In this document: piece by piece, positions 17,535 to 26,376 of the stretch
Numbering within the stretch: position 1 is the stretch's first letter
Layout of the letters: each line of letters begins with the position of its first letter
Source of the DNA: Thermoplasmata archaeon
Lineage (GTDB): Archaea; Thermoplasmatota; SW-10-69-26; JACQPN01; JAJPHT01
Length of the DNA stretch: 64,000 nt
Direction: 5' to 3'
Assembly (NCBI GenBank): GCA_034667685.1
Contig: JAXDQU010000079.1
Span: 44,107-108,106, forward strand
Made by a program: the position numbers and the translations under genes
The notes under the pieces: generated by a model
Databases searched by the model: none
What the model was told of the DNA's origin: nothing
The model's input: the letters and a program-made list of their open reading frames with translations, nothing else

Positions 17535-20500
17535 GTGGCGTCGCTCCGGCTCGCAGCGCGCATGGCGTGGCGCAACCTCGTGCGCCGCCGCGCGCAGACG
17601 GCCATCGTGCTCGCCGGGCTTCTGGTGGGCACCGCGGTCGTGACCGCCTCGCTCACCGTGGCCGACAGCCTGCGCTACGGCATCCGCAAGGCGACGTACG
17701 ATGGCCTGGGCCCCGCCGACGAGTTCGTGCAGCTCGCCGGCCAGCGCTACTTCCCGCAATCGGCGTACGGCGCGCTCGCCAACGACAGCGCCCTGAGCGC
17801 GGCGAGCCATGCGCTCTCGCCCGTCGTCATCGACGTGGGCAGCGTCCGCGACGCGCGCACGCGCGAGACCGAGCCGGGCGTCGGGCTCGCGGGCTTCGAC
17901 GCCAAGCTCGACGCACCCTTCGGGATGCTGACGCTCACCGATGGCCGGCGCGTGGACGGCAGCGCGCTGGGCCCGAACGACGCCTACCTGCGCGAGGACG
18001 TGGCCCGGCGCCTCGACGCCAAGGTGGGCGACACGCTGGTCGTGGGCGTGCAGCAGGCGGGCCTCCCGCTCACCGACCTCTCGTACCCCGTCTCGGGAAG
18101 CATCAGCGGCGCGGGCGCGGGCTGCCCGACGGCGCCCGTCCCGGTCCCGAACCTGCCCGTGCAGCCGCCCTGCGCGTACACGCCCGACCCGGCCGACAAC
18201 ACCAGCTACACGATCCCCGTGGCGCGCGGCGCGGCGCTCATCACGATCCTGCTGGAGCCCATCGGGCCCGAGGACTCGCCCACGCGCCCCGACCTTGATA
18301 TCATCGCGACCTCGCCCAGCGGCAACCGCACCGCGGCCACGGGCGGAGCGCCCGGCTCGCCCAGCGACCCCGCCGTCCTCCGCATCGAGGGCAACCGCTA
18401 CCTGGAACGCGGCAACTGGATCGTCCAGGTCACGACGAAGGGCGGCGCGGCGGGCAAGTTCACGGGCGCGATCTTCGTCTCCTACGCGCAATACGACGCG
18501 ACCGGCAGCGGCGCGGGCGAGGGCGCGACCGTCGTGGGAGACGCGGACGCGAGCGCGTACCTCGCGGTGGGCGCCAGCAGCGCCGCGCACGCCAACCTCA
18601 CGCTCAAGGGCATCGTCACGCGCGAAGGGAAGGGTGCCTTCCTGGGCACGACGGGCCTCTTCGTCGGCCTCGCCACCGCGCAATCGCTCGTGGGCCAGCC
18701 CGGCATGGTCAACGCGGTCAAGATCAGCAACGCGCACGACGCCGCGCCCCCGACGCAGGCCGCCACGCGCGTGCTCGACGGCCTGCGCGCCGCGAACCCG
18801 GACGATCCGGTCTACGATCACCTCGCGGTCGCGCCCGTGAAGGCGCAGGGGCTCGCCGCCGCCGAGCAGGAGAGCAAGTTCTACCGCGACTTCCTCGCCG
18901 CCGTCTCCACGCTGACGCTCCTCGCGGGCGCGCTGCTCGTCGTGCACGTCTTCATCCTGCTCGCCGCCGAGCGCAAGCGCGAGCTGGGCGCCGCGCGCGC
19001 CATCGGCCTCCAGCGGCGCGACGTCGTGCTGTCGTTCACGATCGAAGGCTTCCTCCTCGCTCTCCTCGCCGCGGCGGGCGGCGTGCTCGTGGGCGTCGCG
19101 GGCGCGGGCGGCGTGCTGCTCGGCTTCGACTACATCCTGAGCGCGGTGGGCACGAACCTCGGCACGTTCGTGCTGCACCCCGAGGCGCAGAGCCTCCTTC
19201 TCGCCGCCGCGCTGGGCTTCGGGCTCACGCTCGCCGCCGCGGCCGGCGCCTCGTGGCGCGTGGGCGGCATGAACCTCGTGCGCGCGCTGCGCGGCCAGGA
19301 AGATGATATCACCGCGCCGCGCCGCTCGTGGACGGGCGTCGCGGGGCTCGCCGTGCTGGGCGCGCTCTCGCTCGCGGCGGGCCCCTTCGCGGCGCTCGCC
19401 TTCGGCCCCGCGTGCCTGATCGGGATCCTCGCGCTGCTGCCGCGCCGCGCGTGGGCCCTCGCGCTGGGCGGGCTCGCGCTGCTCGTCGAGGGCGCCCTCT
19501 CCATCTTCCTCCTGACGCCGCCGGCCGACGCCGCCGGCCGCGTGATGGGCGTCCTGCGCGGCGTGCCCCCCGCGCTGGGCCTCGCGCTCCTCGCGCTCAA
19601 CACCGACGCCCTCGCGCGTGGCGCCGAGCGCGCCCTCTCGATGGTGAAGCGGCTGCGCCCCACCGCGCCCCTCGCCGTGCGCTACCCGTTCCGCCGGCGC
19701 GGGCAGACCGGCCTCACCGTCTCGATGTTCGCCTTCGTGACGCTCGTGCTGGTCTTCTTCAGCATCTTCGGCACGACGTTCGCCCTTGATATCAACGGCG
19801 AGACGGGCGGCTACCACGTCTACGCGACGACGGACGCGCCCTACAGCGACCTGCGCTACGCCTATGACTTGCTGCCCGCGGCGGCGCGCGACCCGTACGC
19901 GCTGGCGAACGTGACCGTCCAGGACCCGTTGCTCGTGGCGACCGTGCCCGGCGGCGACCTGCTGATGCTCGACCACGCGCGGCCGCACTACAAGGGCGCG
20001 CCGGTGGACCGCGTCTACGCGACGCTGCCCGACTTCCCGCGCCGCGAGCAGTTCGCCTTCGCCGAGCTCGACCCGCACTATCCCAACGGGAGCGCGGCGT
20101 TCGAGGCGATCCTCAAGGACCCGACGCTCGCCATCGTCAGCGTCGCGTACACGCTCGACGAGACGGGCAATCCCGGCGCGCACCACGTCGGCGCCGACCT
20201 CGACCTGCGCCTCGCCAGCGGCGAGAAGCACCTGCGCGTCATCGGCGTCATGAAGGAGCTGTACCTGGGCGGCGTGTGGGTCAATCCGCTCGTGTTGCGC
20301 ACCGGCTTCCAGAGCGTGCAGGGCGCCTACCTCCTGCGCACCGCGCCGGGCCACGATCCCGCCGAGGTCGCGCGCCAGCTCGAGCGCAGCTTCGACGGCA
20401 CGGGCCTGCACGCGGTCGACCTCAAGACCGAGGCGGGCACCGTGCTGGAGGAGAACGAGCAGTTCCTCCGCATGTTCCAGATGTTCCTCGGCTTCGGCCT

Positions 20501-20864
20501 GCTCGTGGGCATCGCGAGCCTCGCCGTCGTCTCCGCGCGCAGCGTGCTGGAGCGCCGCCCGCACATCGGCGTGCTGCGCGCCCTGGGCCACACGCGCGTC
20601 TCGATCCTCACGTGGCTCGTGGGCGAGTCGCTCCTCGTCACGATCCTCGGCACGCTCGTGGGCGTCGCGGCGGGCTCGCTGCTGGCCTTCGGCGTCTGGT
20701 TCACCACCGTGCGCCCCGTCATGGACGTGCCGTTCAGCTACTCGTACGTCGTGATCCCGGTGATCCTGCTGATCACGTACGGCGCCGCGGTGGCCGCGGT
20801 CTTCCTGCCCGGATTCCTGGCGACCCGGGAAAGCCCGGCCGGCATGGTCAGGCGCGTGGACTAA
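17535..20864 (+). CDS. Large ABC transporter permease with two MacB/FtsX domains
   Basis: AWRNLVRRR, AERKRELGAARAIG, ERRPHIGVLRALG; large extracellular insert. Confidence 0.88.
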   Translation: MASLRLAARMAWRNLVRRRAQTAIVLAGLLVGTAVVTASLTVADSLRYGIRKATYDGLGPADEFVQLAGQRYFPQSAYGALANDSALSAASHALSPVVIDVGSVRDARTRETEPGVGLAGFDAKLDAPFGMLTLTDGRRVDGSALGPNDAYLREDVARRLDAKVGDTLVVGVQQAGLPLTDLSYPVSGSISGAGAGCPTAPVPVPNLPVQPPCAYTPDPADNTSYTIPVARGAALITILLEPIGPEDSPTRPDLDIIATSPSGNRTAATGGAPGSPSDPAVLRIEGNRYLERGNWIVQVTTKGGAAGKFTGAIFVSYAQYDATGSGAGEGATVVGDADASAYLAVGASSAAHANLTLKGIVTREGKGAFLGTTGLFVGLATAQSLVGQPGMVNAVKISNAHDAAPPTQAATRVLDGLRAANPDDPVYDHLAVAPVKAQGLAAAEQESKFYRDFLAAVSTLTLLAGALLVVHVFILLAAERKRELGAARAIGLQRRDVVLSFTIEGFLLALLAAAGGVLVGVAGAGGVLLGFDYILSAVGTNLGTFVLHPEAQSLLLAAALGFGLTLAAAAGASWRVGGMNLVRALRGQEDDITAPRRSWTGVAGLAVLGALSLAAGPFAALAFGPACLIGILALLPRRAWALALGGLALLVEGALSIFLLTPPADAAGRVMGVLRGVPPALGLALLALNTDALARGAERALSMVKRLRPTAPLAVRYPFRRRGQTGLTVSMFAFVTLVLVFFSIFGTTFALDINGETGGYHVYATTDAPYSDLRYAYDLLPAAARDPYALANVTVQDPLLVATVPGGDLLMLDHARPHYKGAPVDRVYATLPDFPRREQFAFAELDPHYPNGSAAFEAILKDPTLAIVSVAYTLDETGNPGAHHVGADLDLRLASGEKHLRVIGVMKELYLGGVWVNPLVLRTGFQSVQGAYLLRTAPGHDPAEVARQLERSFDGTGLHAVDLKTEAGTVLEENEQFLRMFQMFLGFGLLVGIASLAVVSARSVLERRPHIGVLRALGHTRVSILTWLVGESLLVTILGTLVGVAAGSLLAFGVWFTTVRPVMDVPFSYSYVVIPVILLITYGAAVAAVFLPGFLATRESPAGMVRRVD

Positions 20865-21001
20865 CGCAGGACCCACGCGCCCGCGACGACGCCGCCCACC
20901 ACGAGCACGCCGCCCGCCGGTGCGTTCCACGCCGACGCGACGGCGCCCACGCCCAGCAGGGCGAGCCCGACGGCGGCGCGCGTGCGGCGCGGGACGATCA
21001 T
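20861..21001 (-). CDS. 46-aa two-TM microprotein with WNAP motif
   Basis: MIVPRRTRAAVGLALLGVGAVASAWNAPAGGVLVVGGVVAGAWVLR; stop overlaps permease stop. Confidence 0.55.
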   Translation of the reverse strand: MIVPRRTRAAVGLALLGVGAVASAWNAPAGGVLVVGGVVAGAWVLR

Positions 21002-21100
21002 GCCCCGCCCTCGGCGCGGAGGGGCGCAAGACGCCCGCGGCCAGCGGACCTCGTGCGATAAGCACCACGGGTTGAAGCCCGGCCGGGCCGCTCGCCCCGC

Positions 21101-22087
21101 ATGGAACGAGGCGGGGGCCTGCTGTACCTGTGGCGCCTCTCGCGCCCCGAGGTCTGGCTCGTCACGATCATCCCGATGCACGTGGGCTGGCTCCTCGCCT
21201 CGCGCCAGATCGTGCCGGGCTTCGCTCAGTGGGCCGCGTTCTGGGCGAAGGCCTCGCAGGGCGGCGCCACGAGCGCGGACTTCCTCGCGACGCTCGCGGC
21301 GTGGTGGGGCGACGCGCGCGGCTGGGTCCTCGCCGCGATCGCCATGGGTCCCCTGGTCTGGCTCGCCACGCTTTGCATCAACGACGTGCACGACCTGGAG
21401 AGCGACCGCGCCAACCCGCGCAAGGCGTCGAGCCCGCTCGTGCAAGGCGTCGTCTCGCGCGGCTGGGCGCGCGCGTGCGCGTACCTCGCCGCCGCGGCCG
21501 CGCTCCTCGTGGGCGCGTTCGCGGGGCTCGCCTTCGACCTCCTTTTGCTATCGTGCCTCGTCCTCGCGTGGCTCTACAGCGCGCCGCCCGTCCGCCTCAA
21601 GACGAAGCCGGGCGCCGACGTGCTCGTCAACGCCGTGGGCGTGGGCGCGCTGGCCGCGCTCGCCGGCTTCTCGCTTGCCGCGCCGCTCTCGCAGGCGCCC
21701 TGGCCCTTCCTGCCGCAAGGCCTGCTCGTCGCCGCGGCGGTCTACGTCCCCACGACGATCGTGGACCTGGAGCCCGACCTCGCGGCCGGGTACGCGACGT
21801 TCGCCCCCGCGCTGGGACGCGAGCGAGCCTACCGCGTCGGCTTCGCCTGCTGGATCGCCGCGAACCTCGGCGCCGTCGCGCTCAGCGCCTCTGATATCAT
21901 CCTGCCGCGGCGCATGCTCCCCCTGCTCCTCGTCTTCGCCCCGCTCCTCGTCTGGGAGTACCACCAGTTCATCGGCAAGGCGCGCGACGCGCCCGCCATG
22001 ATCCAGGGCGTCATCCTCTGCTCGCTCAGCTTCGCCGCCGTCAACGCGCTCTGGGCCCTCATGTGGACCGGGCTGTGGATAGGTTGA
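21101..22087 (+). CDS. UbiA family prenyltransferase, lycopene elongase (CrtEb/LyeJ)-like
   Basis: LSRP, NDVHDLESDRANPRK, YSAPPVRLK, DLEPD. Confidence 0.85.
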   Translation: MERGGGLLYLWRLSRPEVWLVTIIPMHVGWLLASRQIVPGFAQWAAFWAKASQGGATSADFLATLAAWWGDARGWVLAAIAMGPLVWLATLCINDVHDLESDRANPRKASSPLVQGVVSRGWARACAYLAAAAALLVGAFAGLAFDLLLLSCLVLAWLYSAPPVRLKTKPGADVLVNAVGVGALAALAGFSLAAPLSQAPWPFLPQGLLVAAAVYVPTTIVDLEPDLAAGYATFAPALGRERAYRVGFACWIAANLGAVALSASDIILPRRMLPLLLVFAPLLVWEYHQFIGKARDAPAMIQGVILCSLSFAAVNALWALMWTGLWIG

Positions 22088-22145
22088 TATCGGAGGCCAA
22101 CGGCCCACCGAAGGGCGTATCCTCCCGAAGCGCCGAGGCGCCAGC

Positions 22146-22307
22146 ATGACGCGCAGGATGGAGGACGCGCTGGTCGCCAGCGCCATCGGCCTGCTGCTCT
22201 TCGCCGCGCTCTGGAACGCGCCCGTCGCCGCGCTCCTGAGCATCCTCGTGCTCGCCTGGACGCTGGCCCGCGAAAGCACGCGCGGACGCGCGAGGCCGAA
22301 GGGTTAG
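22146..22307 (+). CDS. 53-aa two-TM microprotein with WNAP motif
   Basis: MTRRMEDALVASAIGLLLFAALWNAPVAALLSILVLAWTLARESTRGRARPKG. Confidence 0.55.
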   Translation: MTRRMEDALVASAIGLLLFAALWNAPVAALLSILVLAWTLARESTRGRARPKG

Positions 22308-22481
22308 CGCCCGCGCATCTCCCACGTCGTCTTCTTCACGAACGCGTCCATGGAGCCCTTCCGCTCGCACCCTTTTTGCGCGAGCGCGCAGCGCTCGCGC
22401 AAAAAGCGCGCCCGGAAAGCGGGCTACTTGCCCCGCATCTCCCACGTCGTCTTCTTCACGAACGCATCCATCGAGCCCTTC
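22304..22481 (-). mobile_element. Hairpin insert between two copies of the dehydrogenase 3' end
   Basis: 58-bp near-direct repeats 22304-22361 and 22424-22481; perfect 16-bp stem with GCA loop at 22372-22406. Confidence 0.75.
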
Positions 22482-24313
22482 TGGTCCTCGGTCGCAAAGC
22501 ACTGCGACACCGCTTCGAGCTCGTAGGCCAGGCCCGTGTTGAGGTCGACGTCCAGGCCGCGGTTGACGCTCGCCTTGGCGAGGCCGACGGCGACGGGCGC
22601 GTTCTTCGCGATCGCGTTCGCGAGCGCCATCGCGCGCTTCATGAGCTCGGCTGCGGGCACGACGTCGAGGACGAGCCCGAGCGCCTTGGCCTCGGCGGCG
22701 TCGAAGCGGCGCGCCGTGAAGATCAGCTCCTTGGCCTTCTGGGGCCCGATGAGGCGCGGGAGGCGCTGCGTGCCGCCGAAGCCGGGGTGGATGCCCAGCG
22801 TGACCTCGGGCAGCGCGAAGAGCGCCTTGTCCGAGGCCAGGATGATATCACAGGCGAGGGCCAGCTCCAGCCCGCCGCCGAACGCGAAGCCGTTGACCGC
22901 CGCGACGACGGGCTTGCCGCACAGCTCCAGCTCGCGGATGGCGCGCTGGCCCAGCTCGGTGAAGCGGCGCGCGTCGGCCACGGTCTTCGTCGCCATCTCC
23001 TTGATGTCGGCGCCCGCGATGAAGGACTTCTGCCCCTCGCCGGTCACGACGAGCACGCGCACCTCGGGGTCCGCGGCCGCGGCCTGCACCTGCTTCTGGA
23101 AGTCCATGAGGACCTTGTTGTTGAGCGCGTTGAGCGCGTCGGGCCGGTCGAGGGTGAGCACGCCGACGTGCCCCTCCTTCTCGAAGCGCACGAGCGGCAG
23201 GTCCCACGGCGCGTTCGCGGCGCCCAGGCGGCGCAGCTCGGCCGCGACCGGGAAGCTCGCGCCCCACTTGGCGTGCAGCTTCTCCACGAGCGCGAGCGCC
23301 CGCTTCGTGCCCATGGCGTTCATCATCGCGAAGGGGCCCTTGGCCCAGCGCAGGCCGACCGTCGCGCCCTTGTCGGTGTCCACGGCGGTGGCGACGCCCT
23401 CCTCGACCAGGCGCGCCGCGATGCCGAACGTGACGCCGAGCAGGCGCTCCTGCACCGCGACGAACTTCGCGGGGTCGGGCGTGCCCGCGAGATCCCAGTT
23501 GGCCTTCGCGACCTCGACCTGGTGGACGAGCTTCGCCGCGGGCGCATACGCCTCGCCGAAGCCCTGGTGCAGCGTGCGCTCGGCGTGCAGCGAGATCGGG
23601 ACGCCGGTGACGTTCATCAGCTCGAAGGGACCCATCGTGATGCCGAACGCCTCCTTCGCCGCGGCGTCGATCGTGCTGATATCAGCGACTCCTTCCTCCA
23701 GCAGCCGGACGGCCTCGTTGACCCACGGCACGAAGAAGCGGTTCACCGCGAAGCCGTACGCGTCCGCCGTCGGGATGGGCACCTTGCCGATCGCGCGCGT
23801 CACCTTCACGAGCGCGTCCGTCGTCGCCGCGTCCGTCTCGCGCCCCGCCACGACCTCGACGAGCTTGTTGACCGCCGCCGGGAAGAAGAAGTGCATGCCC
23901 CCGAACTGGCGCGGGCGGTCGGTCGCCGCCGCGATGTCGGACACCGCGAGCGAGGACGTGTTCGTCGCAAAGATCGCGCCTGGCTTCGCGTGCCTCGACG
24001 CCTCCGCGAAGACCTCCTTCTTGACCTTCAGGTCCTCGAAGACGGCCTCGATCACGAGGTCCGCGTCCTTCACCGCCGCGTGCAGGTCCGTCGTGCCATT
24101 CAGCCGCGCCATGATCGCGTCGACCTCCCCCGCGCTCTGCTTGCCCTGCTCGACGCGCTTGCGAAGCGGGCCCTCGATCCGTGCCCGCCCCTTCTCGACG
24201 AGCTCGGGCTTGACGTCCCGCATCTGCACCTCGAAGCCGGCTTGCGCGAACGCCTGCGCGATGCCCGACCCCATGTTGCCCGCGCCCAGCACGGCGACCT
24301 TCTGGATGGCCAT
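22424..24313 (-). CDS. 3-hydroxyacyl-CoA dehydrogenase / enoyl-CoA hydratase fusion
   Basis: VLGAGNMGSGIA, ATNTSSL, GMHFFFP, MGPFELM; C-terminal crotonase FIAGADI, GGGLELAL, PGFGGTQRLPR. Confidence 0.95.
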   Translation of the reverse strand: MAIQKVAVLGAGNMGSGIAQAFAQAGFEVQMRDVKPELVEKGRARIEGPLRKRVEQGKQSAGEVDAIMARLNGTTDLHAAVKDADLVIEAVFEDLKVKKEVFAEASRHAKPGAIFATNTSSLAVSDIAAATDRPRQFGGMHFFFPAAVNKLVEVVAGRETDAATTDALVKVTRAIGKVPIPTADAYGFAVNRFFVPWVNEAVRLLEEGVADISTIDAAAKEAFGITMGPFELMNVTGVPISLHAERTLHQGFGEAYAPAAKLVHQVEVAKANWDLAGTPDPAKFVAVQERLLGVTFGIAARLVEEGVATAVDTDKGATVGLRWAKGPFAMMNAMGTKRALALVEKLHAKWGASFPVAAELRRLGAANAPWDLPLVRFEKEGHVGVLTLDRPDALNALNNKVLMDFQKQVQAAAADPEVRVLVVTGEGQKSFIAGADIKEMATKTVADARRFTELGQRAIRELELCGKPVVAAVNGFAFGGGLELALACDIILASDKALFALPEVTLGIHPGFGGTQRLPRLIGPQKAKELIFTARRFDAAEAKALGLVLDVVPAAELMKRAMALANAIAKNAPVAVGLAKASVNRGLDVDLNTGLAYELEAVSQCFATEDQKGSMDAFVKKTTWEMRGK

Positions 24314-24354
24314 GCGGCGCGCAAGGCGGACGGGGCTCATGGCGTTTTCCGGCC

Positions 24355-24464
24355 GCCAGGTGGGCCAAGTGGCGCCACGTGCGCCAGGTGGCCCGCATGG
24401 CCCACCTGTGCCACCTGGCCCACCTGGCCCACCTGGCGCACCTGGCGCACCTGGCGCACCTGGC
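24355..24464. repeat. Periodic palindrome of GCCAGGTG / CACCTGGC 9-nt units
   Basis: About 4 forward and 7 reverse units. Confidence 0.85.
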
Positions 24465-24513
24465 AGAACAATCCTCCAGCCGGGTCCCGGCGCTTCGTGC
24501 AAGCGGCGCGTCA

Positions 24514-24575
24514 GGGGGTCCAGGGGGCCGCAGCCCCCTGGCGCGGGGGTGCAGGGGGGCGCGTAGCCCCCCTGC
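24514..24575. repeat. Tandem REP-like hairpins
   Basis: GGGGGTCCAGGGGGCCGCAGCCCCCTGG and GGGGGTGCAGGGGGGCGCGTAGCCCCCCTGC. Confidence 0.7.
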
Positions 24576-24656
24576 CACGGAGTGCCACGCCGAGGCGGAG
24601 TCGGCGCGCCAGCGCCGACGCAGCACGAGGCGTGGCACGAAGTGCGGGAAGAAAAA

Positions 24657-24728
24657 AGCAGGGAGAGGGGATCGAACCCTCGATCTTCAGATCTGCAGTC
24701 TGACGCCTAACCGCTCGGCCATCCCTGC
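24657..24728 (-). tRNA. tRNA-Cys(GCA)
   Basis: GCAGGGA acceptor stem, anticodon arm TCAGA-CTGCAGA-TCTGA, GGTTCGATCCC T-arm, U73 discriminator, T-run downstream, no encoded CCA. Confidence 0.95.
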
Positions 24729-25167
24729 GGGGTTGGTGGGGCGGCGGACGCCGTGAGCCGTATTTCAGGGTTTTGGACGACCCGGGCTGGCAGGTCCGGC
24801 CCGCTCCCCGTCGCGCCTTCACGGGCGGGGGGCGTGTCGGGTGGTCGCGGTTGGAGCGCGCGCCTCCGGGGAATCGGACTTGGACGATGTTGGAGGTATC
24901 TTCCTGTTCCTGAAGCCACCCAGAGGAGCCCACGTCCCGGCGTGCGACCGTCGGGACACGGGCGACCGCGCGCTCCAGCCGCGGCCGCGGGCCTGATTTG
25001 CGTGCGACGCAAAAAGGAGTCGGCTCGCGGGGGGCGAGTAACGTGGAGGTGTTGCGTGATTGTCGGCATCGCTCCATTGAGCGCTCTCCGAGGGCAGCCG
25101 ATCGACCAGCCGGGGAGCGAGGCAAGGTGGCGCTGCAGAGAAAGCGCAGGCGTGGCGAAGGGGCGCC

Positions 25168-25689
25168 ATGCGTTCGCTCGAGCCGTCGCTTTCCCAGGGT
25201 CCGCGCGCGGACATCTACCGCACGGTGGCCCGCGTGCCCGGGGCGCACCTGCGCGGCATCGAGCGGATGACGGGGCTGCCGCTCGGGCAGGTGCTCTACC
25301 ACCTCGATCGGCTGGAGCGGATGGGGCTCGTGACGTCGGCGCGCGACTGGGGCTTCCGGCGTTATTTCCTGGCGTGGGAGATCGACCGGCGCGAGAAGAA
25401 GGTGCTCGGCGCGCTCCGGCACGAGGTGCCGCGGCGGGTGCTGCTGGCGCTGCTGGAGCGGGAGCCGCAGGCCCACAAGGATCTCCAGGCGGCGGCGGGC
25501 GTGGCGGGCAGCACGCTTTCGTTCCATCTCCAGCGGCTCGTGGCGAGCGGCGTGCTGCGGCGCGAGCGCGAGGGCGTCTCGCAGCGCTACAGCCTGGCGG
25601 AGCCCGAGCTGCTGCGGCGGGAGCTGCTCGCCTACGGCGCCAGCTTCGAGGACCCTCTCGTCGACCGGTTCGTGCGCGATCATTCGTGA
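25168..25689 (+). CDS. Tandem winged-helix transcriptional regulator (archaeal ArsR-like)
   Basis: PGAHLRGI...YHLDRLER; STLSFHLQRL. Confidence 0.85.
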   Translation: MRSLEPSLSQGPRADIYRTVARVPGAHLRGIERMTGLPLGQVLYHLDRLERMGLVTSARDWGFRRYFLAWEIDRREKKVLGALRHEVPRRVLLALLEREPQAHKDLQAAAGVAGSTLSFHLQRLVASGVLRREREGVSQRYSLAEPELLRRELLAYGASFEDPLVDRFVRDHS

Positions 25690-25698
25690 GGCGTACCC

Positions 25699-26376
25699 AT
25701 GCGCTTTTTCCCCGGCCCGCCCGCGTGGGGCCTGGGTGCGCCCCTGGTCCTCGGCGATGGCACGTACGTGAGGGACGGCCTCTCCGCGATGGTGGATTTC
25801 CTGCATCGCTACGCGGCGCCCACCGGCGCGCGGGGCAGCGTCCTCCTGATGGCGGGGGGCCTTCTCGTGCTCACCTTCCTCTTCACGGCGTTCCTCTTCC
25901 GGAGCACGATCGTGGGCGACCTGGCGCCCGTGGCGAACGCGCGCCGCCCCCTCCCCCGTGCCCGGCTGCCCGGCGAGCGCCCGCGCGCGGCGGCCGGTCC
26001 CGCGCGCGCGACGCCGGTGCCCTTCGACGCGGCGCGCAAGCTGGGCCACGAGAGCGCGACGGGGCTCGACGAAGCCTTCGACGAGCTGGCGGGCATGGGC
26101 GTCGAGGCGCGCATCGTGCAGAGCCGTGCGACGCAGAAGCTGGTGCGCCTCTACGCGTGCGCGTCGTGCGCGCAGGGCGGCGCGGGCATCTCCGGGTGCG
26201 AGCATGAGCGTGGCCTCGTCGCGGGCGTCTTCGAGCGCCTGAGCGGCGAGCTCGCCAAGGTCGAGGAGGTCGCGTGCGCGGCGCGCGGCGCGCCCCACTG
26301 CGAGTTCGAGGTCCGCCACGCGCCGCTCCTGCGCATCCGGCCCGTGGCGCGTCGTGGCGGGAGGGCGCGCGCGTGA
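25699..26376 (+). CDS. Membrane-anchored V4R-domain protein
   Basis: One TM helix, CASC, CEHERGLVAG, EEVACAARGAPHCEFEV. Confidence 0.8.
   Translation: MRFFPGPPAWGLGAPLVLGDGTYVRDGLSAMVDFLHRYAAPTGARGSVLLMAGGLLVLTFLFTAFLFRSTIVGDLAPVANARRPLPRARLPGERPRAAAGPARATPVPFDAARKLGHESATGLDEAFDELAGMGVEARIVQSRATQKLVRLYACASCAQGGAGISGCEHERGLVAGVFERLSGELAKVEEVACAARGAPHCEFEVRHAPLLRIRPVARRGGRARA

Noticed and set aside
17265-21068. Very long antisense/shadow ORFs (e.g. 1267 aa here, 775 aa at 22376)
   Set aside because: Arg/Ala/Gly-rich off-frame products of high GC3 overlapping real genes; no recognisable motifs.
24314-24502. Collagen-like PGAPGAPGGPGG N-terminal extension on the dehydrogenase ORF
   Set aside because: It is the translation of the 9-nt periodic palindrome; the real start is ATG 24313 (MAIQKVAVLGAG).
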